A stretch of 64,000 nucleotides of DNA, from positions 35,466,001 to 35,530,000 of the forward strand of contig OZ249436.1 in assembly GCA_965235115.1 (NCBI GenBank), read 5' to 3'. Made by a program: the position numbers and the translations under genes. How positions within the stretch are numbered: position 1 is the first letter of the stretch; each line of letters starts with the position of its first letter. The DNA comes from Laetmonice hystrix. Lineage: Eukaryota. Positions 50,641-64,000 of the stretch are shown one piece after another. Below the pieces are notes generated by a model. It ran no database searches and had not been told where the DNA came from. It saw only the letters and a list, made by a program, of their open reading frames with translations.

Positions 50641-53600
50641 TTTGGTCAATCCTTATCGTGAAGACAGATGTCTGATTCACAAATGAAATTTGTAATTTAA
50701 AGATATAAATGATAGGCGATCAGTTTTGCGAAGAATGGGATTTCTATAGTTATACTTTTTACATGTTTATGCCTTCTATATATGGACAAGGGTATACTAG
50801 GGCTAATGCCTTCTATATATGGACAAGGGTACCAGGGCTCTCGTATTTGTTTTTTGTTTCCTTGAAGGAACGTCCAGTATTATCTATTTCCCTTTCATAA
50901 ACACCCATCCATCAGGTCGAAACATGAGGACCATAGTATATGGGACATTTCCACTTGATATACGGGTGTATATATGTTTACTGGTGTACATCGACCTCAC
51001 AGTGTGTACATATATCCATTATACAGGCATCATTCAACAACATACATTTACCTTTCTTCATGTTTCAGTTTTTATCTTCAATTGTGTACGTTTACAATGT
51101 ATAATATAATATAACGAGCTGCACATTTTTCAAAGTTTTATGTGACATGTAGGTAAATTAAGCGTGAGGGTATGCCATGGGAAAAACATACTCTGATATA
51201 AAATCACTTTCTCTTGTCAGACTTGTGGGATGTTTATTCATTGTCACTATTATAGCGAGGCGATGCATACTATTATGACGGCCATCTTGTAGTAGGTTGG
51301 TCGCCGATAAAGCTACTATATTAGTACTATATACACAATGTGCTCCAGGACGGTTCTGTGATAGAAGCACGACTTTTACCCGGCCGCCGTGTGTTGTGGG
51401 CGCGGGGCCCATATGGAGAGGCCGACAACTTTATTGTATCGAGTCGTGTAATAAGTAGTCATCAACCGACCCCGGGCCCGCGAGCATCAATCATCTCCTT
51501 ATCGCTCAAGTTGCTATTAGCTTGGCCCAGAGAAATACAGTTGAATGTAAACAAGCGCCATGGTTAATGCATGCAGATATATCCGACGGCACTCACCTTT
51601 GAACTCAGTCTTCATTGTAGTTGGCGAGTCGCGAAAAGAGATTTTAGCGGCACTCAAGAGCATGATAATGGGTGGATATTGGGGCCTTGTTGGAGGGGCA
51701 TGTTGGGGCCACCCGCCCTCCCACCCCGCCCTCCGTACCGGGAGAGATATTGGAGGGTTCTCTCTCTCTCTGTAAGCACAGACTCTCGGAGATACTGTAG
51801 GCCGTTAGTGTCGGATAATTAAATTGCCAACGATCGGGGCGGGCAAGAGTTTGACGTTTTGTTTATTAAACTGGTGCCAAAGCAAATATGCGCATCACTG
51901 ACCCTTAACTGTTGGCCTAATTAAGGCTTCAAGGGTCCATGATGCATGCGTGATCCTGTCCAGTGTGACAAGTGCAGTGCTTCTTACAGTGTACTACAGC
52001 GTATGTATGCAATGTGGATATATATGGCCTGGCCATTATATAAACAAGTTCAAAATAAACTATTTATTTTCCTCTCAGACGTAGAGACTGGCCTGGCATA
52101 ACATATTAGTTATCCATGAGCGCGATTGAGTGATAGTGACGGGTGCATGGCTATATAGGAAATAGGAAAGACTAAGCAGGAAAACAAAGCACTGACACTG
52201 AGGGCTTTCTCAGTCAGTAGTAGGTCCCCTCATGTGTTGCTTCACGACAGCTTAGAGAGGGTAAGTTATTCGCGTATTTCTTCTACGAGACGTTTACAGT
52301 GTGAAATGCTATTAAAATTGTATGTGGGAGGTGTGCGCCAGTTGTGGGGCCGTCGCCGAGTCCGCACCAAGGGACCGGCAGCCACGTCGACGGTCGTCAC
52401 CTCGCCGGGCCTGCAGGCGCGGCGACCGCCGTCTCTCGCCCCGGGACATGCCCCGGCCAGGCACGCCAGCGCAGCCGCCAAGACCGACACCAACTTCGTC
52501 CAGGTCCACCCTCGCATTTGTGAAAGCCATCTTTCGACTCTGTCAGCTGACGGTCAATCAATATGTAGCTCGTGGCTTGTGCTTGCAGCCGATTTGTATA
52601 TAGAAATATTGACTTATTTGTTTAGTATATGCGACACATTTTATTAGCGTGTTGTTCAAACCTGGCCTGATGATAAGTAGGATGAGTGGTGGGACATTAT
52701 TATAATATACTATAGCATATTAGGTATGGCCAAGGGGCCTATATTTACTCATTAAGATGGCAATTGAATATTGTTCACAGTAGAGGAGGTAATATATCAA
52801 TATAAAGAAGCCAAGGTGTAACGACTTTTATTTGATTTTCATACGGAAATACTGGCTGTCTTCAGTTTTGGCACTAACTATAGGGTTAAAAACGTGCGAA
52901 TGGGGCGAACGTGGCAGTGCGCCATTATGCCGAAAGGTGAAAATTAAACTGACACCGTGCCACGTTTGAAGCCCCTTTCTCGTGGCAAGGTACCATATAT
53001 ACAGTTATGGCGACTCCTAGAGACAGGAGGGACTGTGTGGACATAATTAATGTCGCTATAGCTCACTTACAGACCAGCCCGGAGGTCACTCTGGAGTGTA
53101 TCTCAAAGTATACACGGCCGAGTGAGTTCTGCAGTGTCCGCCCCACGTCCAGCGCTCACCAACTGTATAGCCCTGTTACTCTCCACCTCCACACTCAGGC
53201 AAACCAAACGAGGATCTAGCGCCAGACAACGCCAGGCGCTTCCAGGCCGCCCCTAATGAAAATTAAGCTAATCATTTTGCAGATTTTATTTATTCGGATG
53301 TGTCGATATACAGCGAACACGAGTAATGCAGCGCAATCTGGCGGCGAGATCAGGCGGAGGATTAGGCACGATTCCGTTCTCTCATTAGTATGCATGGGCC
53401 AGCGACAGCCATTATGCAAACTACATACTTGCTTACACACCACATGTCAACTCACAATCCCCGCAATTAGCTCAACCATAAAATTTGATGTTTGTAAGCC
53501 ACTAATTAATCTCTATCTATGAAAATGCGAAGTGACAGCTATCGATCAATTTCCATGCACGCTGCCTCGGCCAGGATGCTTGCCGAATTAATAGACAGGC

Positions 53601-56600
53601 ATAAAGTAAATGTCGCCTTTATTAATTCAATTTTATGCTTGGATGTGTTCGACCGAAGTTCTGTTTTAATTACTTGTTTTCTGTGTGATACATACTCAAT
53701 ATTGTTCGCTGATTTCCCGCTGATTATATACACACCGGCGACACCGAGTATGTTTACTGAAGTGTCTCAAGCAATATGCATGCACACGCACGCGGATATG
53801 ACCATACCCCAACAGACACAAACATTCAAGGGTGCATGGTCTGATAATACGGGTCACCATACGAATCCATGGCTAGAATTATAACCCCACATGACTTACA
53901 TGACTTATTTGACCTGTGGCTGCAGGAATATAGTGATTTCGGCAGTCGATACAAAATAGTTTACTGGCGTTGTAAAGGTCAGGCTTTAGCACTGTACATA
54001 TTTATTTTCTGAATTAATTCAATATACTATAAAGACACCAATTTAGTAAAGTATATTATTATGTCTCTTTTTTATTGTGTTACTCTCCGGAAAGTAGCCT
54101 AATAGATACATGACGGCCTCAACCTTTCCACATGAAATGCAGTCACAATCCCCTGCATGCAGGTCTTCAAAGCTTGTGGTAGTTTATAAAGGAATCAACT
54201 TATAGATCATTTTGATATTGTTTGGCATTATATGTCGTATTTTTAATTACCATCAGTCACCATGTCATGTTGACGAAAGATGTCGAATTATTCATCATGA
54301 TTTCAGTCCGGTGTTGACAATCGGTAATTAGGTTTGTTGACTTGGAGGTTTGAGGCGAGGAAAGCGGTTTGAGGAGGGCAAACAGTTTCCCAATACAAGG
54401 CGGCAGGCCCTATCACCCAGCCCGTGCCGTTCGCCACCCATGGGAGCCGTTCCGATCCAGCTACTCACAACCCCAGTCTCCTGACCTCGGCCTACACGCC
54501 CATCTGTCCAGCGTTATCACACATCTAAACGACATGAAACAAAGATTTCTCCGCCAAACCTTCAAATAGCAGCCAGCAGCACACAGTACGGATAATCAGC
54601 ACGGCATGCTTCATAATAGACTTTATAATGAAATTCTACTTAACCCGGTTCACTTTAATTGTTTTACAAACAAAGTTAGGACCGGGGTCCTTCTTTGTGG
54701 CGAGTTCTCCGAGGCCGGCCTCAAGCGGAGGGCGCCCGCGGATAATTGTCACAGGCAACAACGGGGCAGAGAAAAGACATGTCAAAACTGATCAATGTTA
54801 GCCATAGGCGTTGCCATTTTATGGCCGAATAGATTTGTTTCATAATGACACGTGCTCCATGCACCAGTGTGTAGACACAAGGGGATGATCGCCGGCCCGT
54901 CTCTCTCGTGATTAATTTCACAGGAGTGAAACTTACACCTGAGAGAGTCTGTCACGGGGGATGTCGGCCTGTCCCGACCGGGAATTAGCTGGCCCGCAGA
55001 GCCAGGCCGCCCAAATGACGCCCAGGTTCTTAATTTCACTTCTTTATGAAGGCAGTCCTACGGCCGGACAGCAGGTCGGATGGCCAGCCAAATGGTCGTT
55101 GGTAATCTATTGGCGGACAACCACCTATATACGCTGACCACTCAAATATATTATACACGCATAATGCATGCACGCTTCACACTCCATTCAGATGATGGTT
55201 GCTATGGCATATGTAAACTTCAAAGTATACTCTAAATCACTCCGTTATCACCGGAAACTGAACTTAAGGCACATTCCCGAGAGATTTGAGAAAGTTGCAC
55301 GCTAGAATATAGAAAAACATATCGTTATATTTTTTGTCAAAAGTTTATTTAAATCATGCATGAGGTCCTGCATGTTCGTCATGCTGATTAAAGTAATGGA
55401 AAGCTAAATATTGGTGTTATTTGGAAAAAAATCATGCAAGAATCCGTTATTAAGACTTAAGAGAATTACTGAGTTAAGATATATAACTGAAAATTGTATT
55501 ATAATAATGTTTCTCAACTTGTATATACCTGAAGTCCCATCACACGTAAATATTATCACTTCTTCTCGATGGATATGTAGCTTTGAAAACGAGGTGTAAA
55601 GGTTTTGATATTAATTTAAAATCTTGATATAAATGAGAATAACTTCTTAATGACATACATCGGACACTACACTGAAGTTTTGTGGGAGAAAATTGCGTCT
55701 TGGTGTTATGGCATTTTCTACATTGATCAGAAGATAAATCATATAGAACGTTGTCAAAAAATGGCTTGGTAAACCTGAAGAAGATATAGCTGTCCATAGA
55801 GTTCCATATATGACTGTTTTAAGTGATTGTAATTCCATTTTGTGGATATCTTTATCAAGGGTATTACAAAACTATTTGAAAATCATGACAGCCTGGTAAT
55901 GATCCCCAGATGGAATATTGTAACTGATTAGAAAATATCTTTGAGCTGTTTTGAAGTTGTGGGGAAAATAGAAATTCCTCTGGATATGCTTGATAAATTG
56001 ACTAACGGATATTGTCAATCTGTATGCCTAGATATCCCCGGACCCTTGGAGATATTTCTGAATTGCGAATAAAATTAACAACGGTATTCCATAGAGTTTG
56101 TCCCTGCTTTCGTCGCTCCCTTGATCGCCGGCCATGACGACCGCAGCGCCCTCAGCGGGAAGTATTCGAATCAAATCGCAGCGCAAAAACCACGATCAAG
56201 TGCTACATGGAAACGTCTGAAATGAGATGAGATATAATATCGAATTAATCCCGGAATCACACAGAAAGCGACAAACTATTAAAAAGGTAATTTGGCATAA
56301 ATCTGGCCGCCTCCCGGAATAAGCGAATGACAGTGTGCCGTCGACCTGCACACTTTTCAAAGGCACCGATACTGAGCCGTTGTCTATGCGCCAAATCCAC
56401 ACCTTGATCTTTCATTTCTCGGCAAATACCCTACAAATCCAGTACCATTCCATAAACAATAATAAATCCCCCAATCAGCCAGATAGTGATTTTGTAGTCA
56501 ATTCCCGACCCGAATTTGCATCATAATTACATTTACTGACAGTTGCAGTGGCTGGCGTATGATTGGTGAGAGGGGGCGGGGCGTTTGGGGCTCGAGAGCG

Positions 56601-57622
56601 GGGAGGTGGGGGGGGGGGGGGCAGGGGGCCAGGGGGCCAGGGGCCAGGGGGGCAGGGGACCAGGGGGCCGGGATGGAAAAGCGAGGAGCCAGACCTTTCC
56701 GTCAGGGAGGTTGAGACAGAAAGGACTCGATGTCCCAGACCTGAACGACTACTTCAAACAGCTTTACTTTCAAGGCAATGTCACTCAGTCGAAAAATTAC
56801 CCAATTTCATTTACTGAAAATGGTTATTTATCGCGGCCAGTGGTGGCTCGGTATGCCAGGGGACTGAGGGGGCGGGTCGAAGTCTCAGTGGCCTGTCCGA
56901 GTTGGCAGAGAGGTAAATTGAAAAGTCAGTGCGGCCGTGCCGGGGGGTGTTGGGGTATGGGGACGATGTTGTGTCGGGGAGGAGACAGGAGCGGAGGTGG
57001 CGCCCTCACAGCAGTGTTCTACACGGGCTGACCGGCTGACCGGCCGGACGGGTAGACTGGCCGACAGGCGGGGCAGTGTCTGACAACTCATTGTGGCAGA
57101 TGAGTGTTAGTGGAAGGCAGTGGCGCGGCTCGGCCTGACGTCTTGATACGACGGCGGCTCGGGTGCCGGCGACAGTCGTGATTTCACGCCCCTACTCCCC
57201 CGGACTGCATGCCGGCCGAGTGGCCTCGGGCCCCCCGGCCGGCCCCCGGCCCCTGGCCGCCGACCGCCCGCTCCCACGTGGACCCCGCCTCCGCCTCCGA
57301 GATGACGTGCCCGCTTAATTGTATGTCATGTATGCCAGTCATTGGGCCCCAGCACTTGACTTATAACCACGCGGCCCGTGGCGACCTGCCACCCCAATTC
57401 CCCATAATGCCATCATTGCTTGCTTGACAAGTTGAAATATATATGTAGCGAGGGCATTGGGCTGGAAGCCCGAGTGTTGTGGGAAAGTTGGCAGTTGTAT
57501 ATACAATCCAGCAAGTGCTCCGTCATCACCAACCGGCCCAACCGATAACAGCTAAAGGGGAGACGTCTAAACCGGGCAGACTGCTCATTTTACTGACTTA
57601 TTATCTGCTCAATAAGACACGA

Positions 57623-57650
57623 CTCTCTCTCTCTCTCTCTCCCTCTCCCT

Positions 57651-57701
<51 letters not shown>

Positions 57702-57715
57702 TCCCCTCCCTCTGC
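57623..57715. repeat. (CT)n microsatellite
   Basis: Direct reading. Confidence 0.95.
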
Positions 57716-59219
57716 TTCTCTCCCTGGTACCTCCTGCACCGACCCTGATTCACGCATTGGTAATTAAAAAAGTTATATTACATTTAACTTTTATTGACTG
57801 TCTACTGAACAATTGTTATTAAAAGCAAAACATTCGTACATAACATAGTCTACTGTATATGTTTTACATTGGCGTCTCCGCCTGTTTGATAACGGTACCT
57901 GATACTAACGGGCCTCTTCCTATACTACTCGTATACTACTCAGCTCTACTATTAGGCCTACTATAATGTACAATATGACTTTTCATGCCAGATGTGTCAT
58001 CTACTGCACCCACATTTCCGATATATCATCGGGTTGGACGTTAGCCCTTTAACTCCGAGAGCAGTCAGAGAGGTTAGTCACAAAACGGACAGCCATGCTG
58101 GACCTGTGATCACAAGGGATCCCTGCCAGTTTGAACGTCTGTCAATCTGCCGACCACTATAACAGCACATCAACCAAACCATCTATGACCCGGGGTGATT
58201 TTTCACACTCCCAACTGACTCCACGTTAATGAAAAGAATTCTATGAAAATTCACTCAAGTGCTCTTTGATGCGAGTTATAATTGCAATGGCGGTAATTAA
58301 AAATCAATGAGATTGTCGAGGGCGGCTGGGAGCGACGCGCGGCCAGGCATGAGTCCGCGCTGGGATCGGCGCCCCAGGAGATCCTTGCGCCATTCGACCC
58401 TCGACACAAAGTCGATGTGACATATGGCGCTAATTTCCAGTCTAAATTCAACCCCCGAGCTAACTGATCTATTATTCATTCATAGGAAAAACATATCATT
58501 TATATTTATTGTGTTATGTGCAGACTGGAATGGGGGAGGATTTGATGCATTAAGATGAGGCCTGATGCCCGGATCCATAATTGAACGTTGCAGGCGTCGC
58601 TTGATCCAACACTCTCTGTCTCTAGACCTCGAGGTGCCATCTCACGTAACGTAACCCACCCGACACCCCTCGCTTAACCGTAATCAGATTAAACAGTATA
58701 GTTCAGAAATTATCATTTAAGCGGTCAATATTATGGCTATATAATGTAATGGGCGTCGGATACGCCTTCATTGATTTGATACGAATATAAAAAGGTCGAT
58801 AATTTATAATTGATATATCGGCATTTTGTTTGTGCTGTACATAGTGGAATATGGCAATTACAACTTTACTTTATAGTACACGTATATGACACAAAGAATA
58901 AAGACTAAGTGTCAGGGTAGTTACCCTATAACTGATTCTAAATAAAATTATCAGTATACATTTACTGGTGACGGACTAATGTTTGATTAATGATTTGATC
59001 ATGGTAATGTATACAGAAGTTATACCTAAGAGAAACATTAGACATCCCTTGGCTTTCCTTCAGCTTCCAGCCTCCATTACTTTCCATGGCTAAACATGGC
59101 CTACCATTTCATACTTACCGTTCGCCAGATGATTAGGTGATGAGACTGGGTATCCATTATGGATGGCCATGTGTGGGTCGGCGGTCTCCGTGGGTCGTGC
59201 CAAGGCATTGCCAGGGGAG

Positions 59220-59300
59220 GCCCAGCCCCGGCCCAGCCCCGGCCCAGCCCCGACCCAGCCCCGGCCCAGCACCGGCCCAGCACCGGCCCAGAGCCGGCCC
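59220..59300. repeat. 11-bp GC-rich tandem repeat (GCCCAGCCCCG) x~6
   Basis: Direct reading. Confidence 0.85.
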
Positions 59301-61140
59301 GCCGCCGCCATCAGCTTACCCGCGCACACGCGTCAACTCGGCCATAATTGAAAATGCATCCTTTCCTCCACGCTCGTAATCACAAGAGCAAAAATGACAA
59401 ATCCATTAGATCGACGCAAAGATAAAAGTAATAGAATCTGGCGCGGAATAGGGGCAAGAACGGGGAACCGGGTGTGAAGTCAAGTACGCCTGTGATTGCA
59501 GGATTGGGAGATGGGCTGACCAACTGCGGCGTCCTCCACCTCCAAACGTAAGCAGATGGTTATCCTTCTCGTCTCATTCTACCCGAATTAATGGCAGAAC
59601 TGAAACAAATTTCAACATTATGCAGATGGCACCGAACATTGTACAAAGACCCGACCTAATCTGTATGATTTACAAACGATATCTGACAATCGAACTTCTT
59701 TGTTATTCACACCGTTCCGCGTCGGAAACGTGATACGAACTTTTTCCTTTCCTTTATTTAATATACAATCACCCTAGATATATAAAGCTCCGTATATATC
59801 ATTATTATTTTAACATATGCATATGGCATAGGCCTATATCTATGCCTGGTGATCTCTTTTCAACGTTATAGTGTTCTCAGTATACAGCTATGTGTCACTT
59901 TGGGATAAAACACTGACCACCCCTGTAGGGTATGAGCTAACGTATATATTTCGATTCTTTGTTGTAGTTATTGTAGAGTCGAGCGACTTATAATCGTAAC
60001 GAGGATTTAAATGAGGTGCCATTGGTCATACGTTATCTGTCTGAGGCACATGTCTCAGAACCTCATTGCCTGCAGCTATATATCAAAAACCAAACCCAAG
60101 ATTTCGTCGATAATAGCGTAATCGATCTACCTGTAAATAAGGGTGACGCTGAAGCCACTATATTATAGGTGTAATAGTTGTCTATCTGGAAATCCGAATT
60201 GGTCAAACCTGTTTAAAGCAAGACCTCCTCAGAACGTTTTGTGGCCAGCTGACCGCGATAATGCCTCAGGGCCAGGCAGCATCTTGTCTGATGTGCTGCC
60301 ACACCGTAGGTCCCACAGAATGGACAGCCGGCCACCAGCTGTCGTATCACCTCCCGATATATACCTAAAGTATACATCTGTACCTGAAGGAAGAGCAGCC
60401 TGACTGCATCGTATGTTATCAAGTGAAGAGAATTAAACACCCAGCCCCCTGGCTTTGAACAATCTCTCTATCTCCACCCCTTGGGCTATGTCATTGCCGT
60501 GATAGCTGTACTTTCAACAAGAGACCAGTGGGGGCTATTTTATTGCGCCAATTGGCCCCCATTTGCATATCATGAGGTAGTGAATTACCTTATCAATTGG
60601 CGGCTGCCGCCTGCAAGGGTCGGGCGGTAGTGCCTAAGAAGAAGGACAGTTGTTGATAATAGGCGAGGGTGCGGTGTTATTTATACTGTCCGTCAGGGCC
60701 AGAGATGAAACCCAGCGGTCTGAGGACGTACTTGGCTGATACCTGTTTATGTCCAGTGCACACCTGACAATCTGTTGATCAAAGCCCCGGTAGATAGCAT
60801 AATTATTCATCCCGCCACACACTCACAAACACTCACACCTACGCACACAAACGATGGGGATTTTTTTTATAAGCGCCAATTTAAACAAGGATTGAATGCT
60901 AATGAAATTGTTGGGAACAATCGACCTGAACTTTAAAGGGTTCTTCTCCCCTGCGAAACCTCTAAGGTACCTGTAAAACAGGTTGGGTCATTACGACACA
61001 AGTGTCATGCTGGCAGAATGAGTATGGATGGAACTTTCTCGCCATCTCGTCAGTGGGATCGTATATCTTATATAGGTCTTACACGGCGCGGATATTATAG
61101 GAACCAATTGCGAAAGACGTCTATTCATTTCACAGTATAT

Positions 61141-61146
61141 TTTATT
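61141..61146 (-). terminator. Candidate Uncx polyadenylation signal (AATAAA)
   Basis: TTTATT on the plus strand, about 660 nt after the stop codon, in AT-rich sequence. Confidence 0.35.
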
Positions 61147-61804
61147 CAACCTAAACTGGAACAACGGTCACATTTTGGTAAATCACTCATAAATAGTTAA
61201 CTGTACAATTATAGATGATGACATTATGCATTCAATGACGATGAAACAATTGGAAATGCTGATGATAAGAACTAATTATAAGCGTCTCTGATGTTGAGAT
61301 ATGGATGAAAGGATACGTCTCTGAGCCACTGACAACCAGTGGATTGCGTTCATTCTATACAATTGTTTTTTGAACAGAATATTTTAGTTAACTTATGTTG
61401 TCTCTTACGCGTACAATTCTGTATGAAAGAAATACAACGCGTAACGTACGCGTTCTGTGCAAATATGAATACGATGACAAGAAATCTATACATACTTCGT
61501 ATTGATGGGCTGAATGTAATGGTATAACGTTTACTTTGCTGACAGTATTCTGAAACTTCTTAATCACTTTTAGAGTCCATATTCGGAAAGTCAATTCCGA
61601 TTAATTCCCTCTACGTTATCACTCCATTTCCAATACACGAACTAAAGATCGTCAACATTAACAATATAAAGTCAGACCGTGCGGACGTCCATGCAGGAGG
61701 CATTGTTTATAAGTTTTAGTTTCAGCACCATAGGTGCCAGTCAAAGGTGGAGTATAGGTGATGAAGAGATCACAGGCCGGGATATGCTAACCCGGCCTTT
61801 AGCC

Positions 61805-62755
61805 TCAGTGGAAATCCTCGGTTTCTGATTTAAAGTGTACGTCATCATCTGGAGTCCGACCGAGAGGACCGTCCGGAAGTGTTTGGTAGGTCACCGGACT
61901 GGACACGTCTCTGGGTTCACGTTTCACATGGACAGGGCTCCTGGAGGGGGGTAGTGGGGTAGATGTGATGACGGTGGGGGACGTGGAGCAGCACCGCCCG
62001 ACGTCCGCCTGTATAGGGGACGGTGTCCGGTCACCGAAACCAAGCAGCCCAGTCGTCTCGATGGCAGCCCCCTGGCGGGCAGACGGAGAGACAAACGTGC
62101 AGCCAGGTTCGGGACTGTTGGGCGGTGACGGGGTCGGCGGGGTCGGCGGACGCTCAACTTGGAAGCCGACTGGTTGCGTGATTGGATAAAGAGGATACAT
62201 GCCCAGAGACAGCGGGTTCATAGACTTACTGGCCTGTACCCTCGGATATTTAGAGTTCGGTCTCCTACCACGAGGCACCTTGGGCGCCTCTAATAAACTC
62301 TCAATGCTGAAAGGACTTTTGAGGGCGGGTTTCGCCTGTTGTTGATTGTCGGGTGACCTTCCGGATTGGCTGTGGCCTGACTGTCCTTCTAGTTGAGTGT
62401 CAACCTCACCATTTATTTCCTCACCGACAACGTCGATTTCGTTATCTGTGATGGCGTCCCGACTACAATCCATACCGTCAGCGGTCGAGTCCTCGCCCGA
62501 GTCTGTGCCTGACAGTGGACGTGCCTCGCGGCCCGTCATTGACGCTTGACGTTTACGTTCCTCTAAACGACGCAGACGTTCCTCCTGTTTCCGCCGTTTT
62601 TTCTCTGACCGATCTGCTTCCCGCCGTTTGAGCTCCTCGGGATCGATGGGGTCGCCCGAGCAGGTCTGAGGGTGCGCGTTGTGAGCCGGCCGACCTGGGC
62701 CCTTCTTCGTATTTTCCTTTTTACGCCATTTGGCCCGTCTGTTCTGGAACCATAC
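61805..62755 (-). CDS. UNCX: Uncx/unc-4 paired-class homeobox gene, last coding exon (upstream exons outside window)
   Basis: Acceptor ttttctctgttgtag| at the classic helix-3 intron position, then VWFQNRRAKWRKKENTKKGPGRPAHNAHPQTCSGDPIDPEELKRREADRSEKKRRK, the post-homeodomain signature of Uncx/unc-4. It is in frame with ORF 61805-62539, which carries the eh1 motif FSIESLL (62311-62291). Confidence 0.95.
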   Translation of the reverse strand, partial: VWFQNRRAKWRKKENTKKGPGRPAHNAHPQTCSGDPIDPEELKRREADRSEKKRRKQEERLRRLEERKRQASMTGREARPLSGTDSGEDSTADGMDCSRDAITDNEIDVVGEEINGEVDTQLEGQSGHSQSGRSPDNQQQAKPALKSPFSIESLLEAPKVPRGRRPNSKYPRVQASKSMNPLSLGMYPLYPITQPVGFQVERPPTPPTPSPPNSPEPGCTFVSPSARQGAAIETTGLLGFGDRTPSPIQADVGRCCSTSPTVITSTPLPPSRSPVHVKREPRDVSSPVTYQTLPDGPLGRTPDDDVHFKSETEDFH

Positions 62756-64000
62756 CTACAACAGAGAAAAATTCAGTCGGTCAAAGTCAGGCCTGGATAG
62801 CGGAGAGGAGACACACACCTCAAAATGTTGCTCAAACGACCAGATTTATGTAAATCATCTCTATTTGTCTTATAGATATCAAAGAAACACGATCCATGGA
62901 ATAACGATACGGGATACTTGCATATCAATCGTCCCTTTTGGTTGTGTCCCGCATATATTACATAATCTTTTACAACATTTGCAGCAATGAATAACTTAAC
63001 GATCATATAATATTCTAATAGATTCTATAGCGATTTATATTGCCATGTTGGCTGTAAGGCCTAAACTATATAGACCGACAAAGTCACGCCTGAGATTAAA
63101 CAAGTGTCTGTGTAGTCGCTCAATTGTTTCGACATGAAGCACAAGTGCATTTATTATCCTCGCCTAATGTCATTCCGAATATATCACTACGTATACTTAT
63201 ACAACAATCCCCTGTCAATACAATGACCGCTCTAAGGAATGCCTTCTAGGAAATGTGCATGGCTAATCTATGCTCTATAGTGTAGAATGTGGCTTTAATA
63301 AGCAATAATATGCATGAGATGCGGCAAAGTGGGTGTTTGTTCCTATTGTAACTGGTGTTGTAGGCGTCAAACTGCTTGACGGCCCACTTGACGGGACACA
63401 ATTAAATACCACTCCACTCAAAACTATTGTGACAGATCTAAGACTTTGAAAATAGGAAGTGACAAATGTTGTGTATTCAATAACATTATACTTGAATCAA
63501 AGAAACGCAAAAGTACTGCATTAATCTAAAAAAAATCCAAGCGGCAAACATGCAGGCTTCCAAGCGTTTGGCAATTTCGCTCTGGCCAATTGCGATAGAA
63601 TTGTTTTTATCGACTGTGCCCATATCAAATTATATTAGTCAAAGAGAACATATAAATGTGTTAGCAAGATCATGTTATTTTAAGTGTACAGAATGAGAGG
63701 CAGCAGTATGATATTGATGACTTTCTCAGTACCGGTAATACTTTAGTTCTGGAGACAACCAAACTATAGCTTTGAATATCACGAATTTCGTGAAGTCTGC
63801 GTTATAAGAACTCACATTGTCAACGACCCAACTGTCGGGCCTGACAGAAACGGCTAACACAAACAAACTTAATTCGATCCTAGCAGGCATTGTCTCTAAT
63901 GGCAAGGGTAATATAGCCCCGACAAAGTCTACAGTCACCAAAGTCCTTGCCGACAGTCCTCAGGGGCTATATCAGTCGTCGCCTATGGCTAACCGTATAC

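Noticed and set aside
50092..50661. VVQTYYNQGRG x14 as a neuropeptide precursor
   Set aside because: The GR motifs are suggestive, but there is no signal peptide, the units are nearly identical at silent sites, and the array looks like the other non-coding minisatellites here.
55264..56070. AT-rich stretch starting TTAAGGCAC as another Kolobok-like element
   Set aside because: I could not find a matching right-hand TIR.

Overview
Intron-containing animal genomic DNA, probably a bilaterian invertebrate (the channel gene looks spiralian-type, but the species cannot be identified from the sequence). Three protein-coding genes are supported, all on the minus strand. (1) A DEG/ENaC/ASIC-family channel at 8367->1, whose 11 exons I could splice by hand into one continuous frame of at least 1223 codons. 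It has a GC-AG intron and a 9x45-bp tandem duplication of one splice acceptor. Its last visible exon is at least 2588 bp and expands the knuckle region into a giant extracellular insert: His/Gly/Asp repeats, GPP repeats, and a Ser/Thr mucin-like tract bracketed by two R-X-K-R sites. TM2 lies beyond the window. (2) A STYXL1/MK-STYX-like rhodanese plus dual-specificity phosphatase (11515->9821) that keeps an intact HCxxGxSRS catalytic loop. (3) The last coding exon of an Uncx/unc-4 paired-class homeobox gene (62755->61805). The ~50 kb between the phosphatase and Uncx has no recognisable gene and looks like a regulatory desert, with TAAT-rich blocks, CTCF-like motifs, minisatellites, TTAA-flanked Kolobok-like MITEs, hairpin MITEs and a decayed Harbinger element with nested insertions. 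Most long ORFs in the supplied track are repeat artefacts. All family assignments come from recalled motifs; no search was run.
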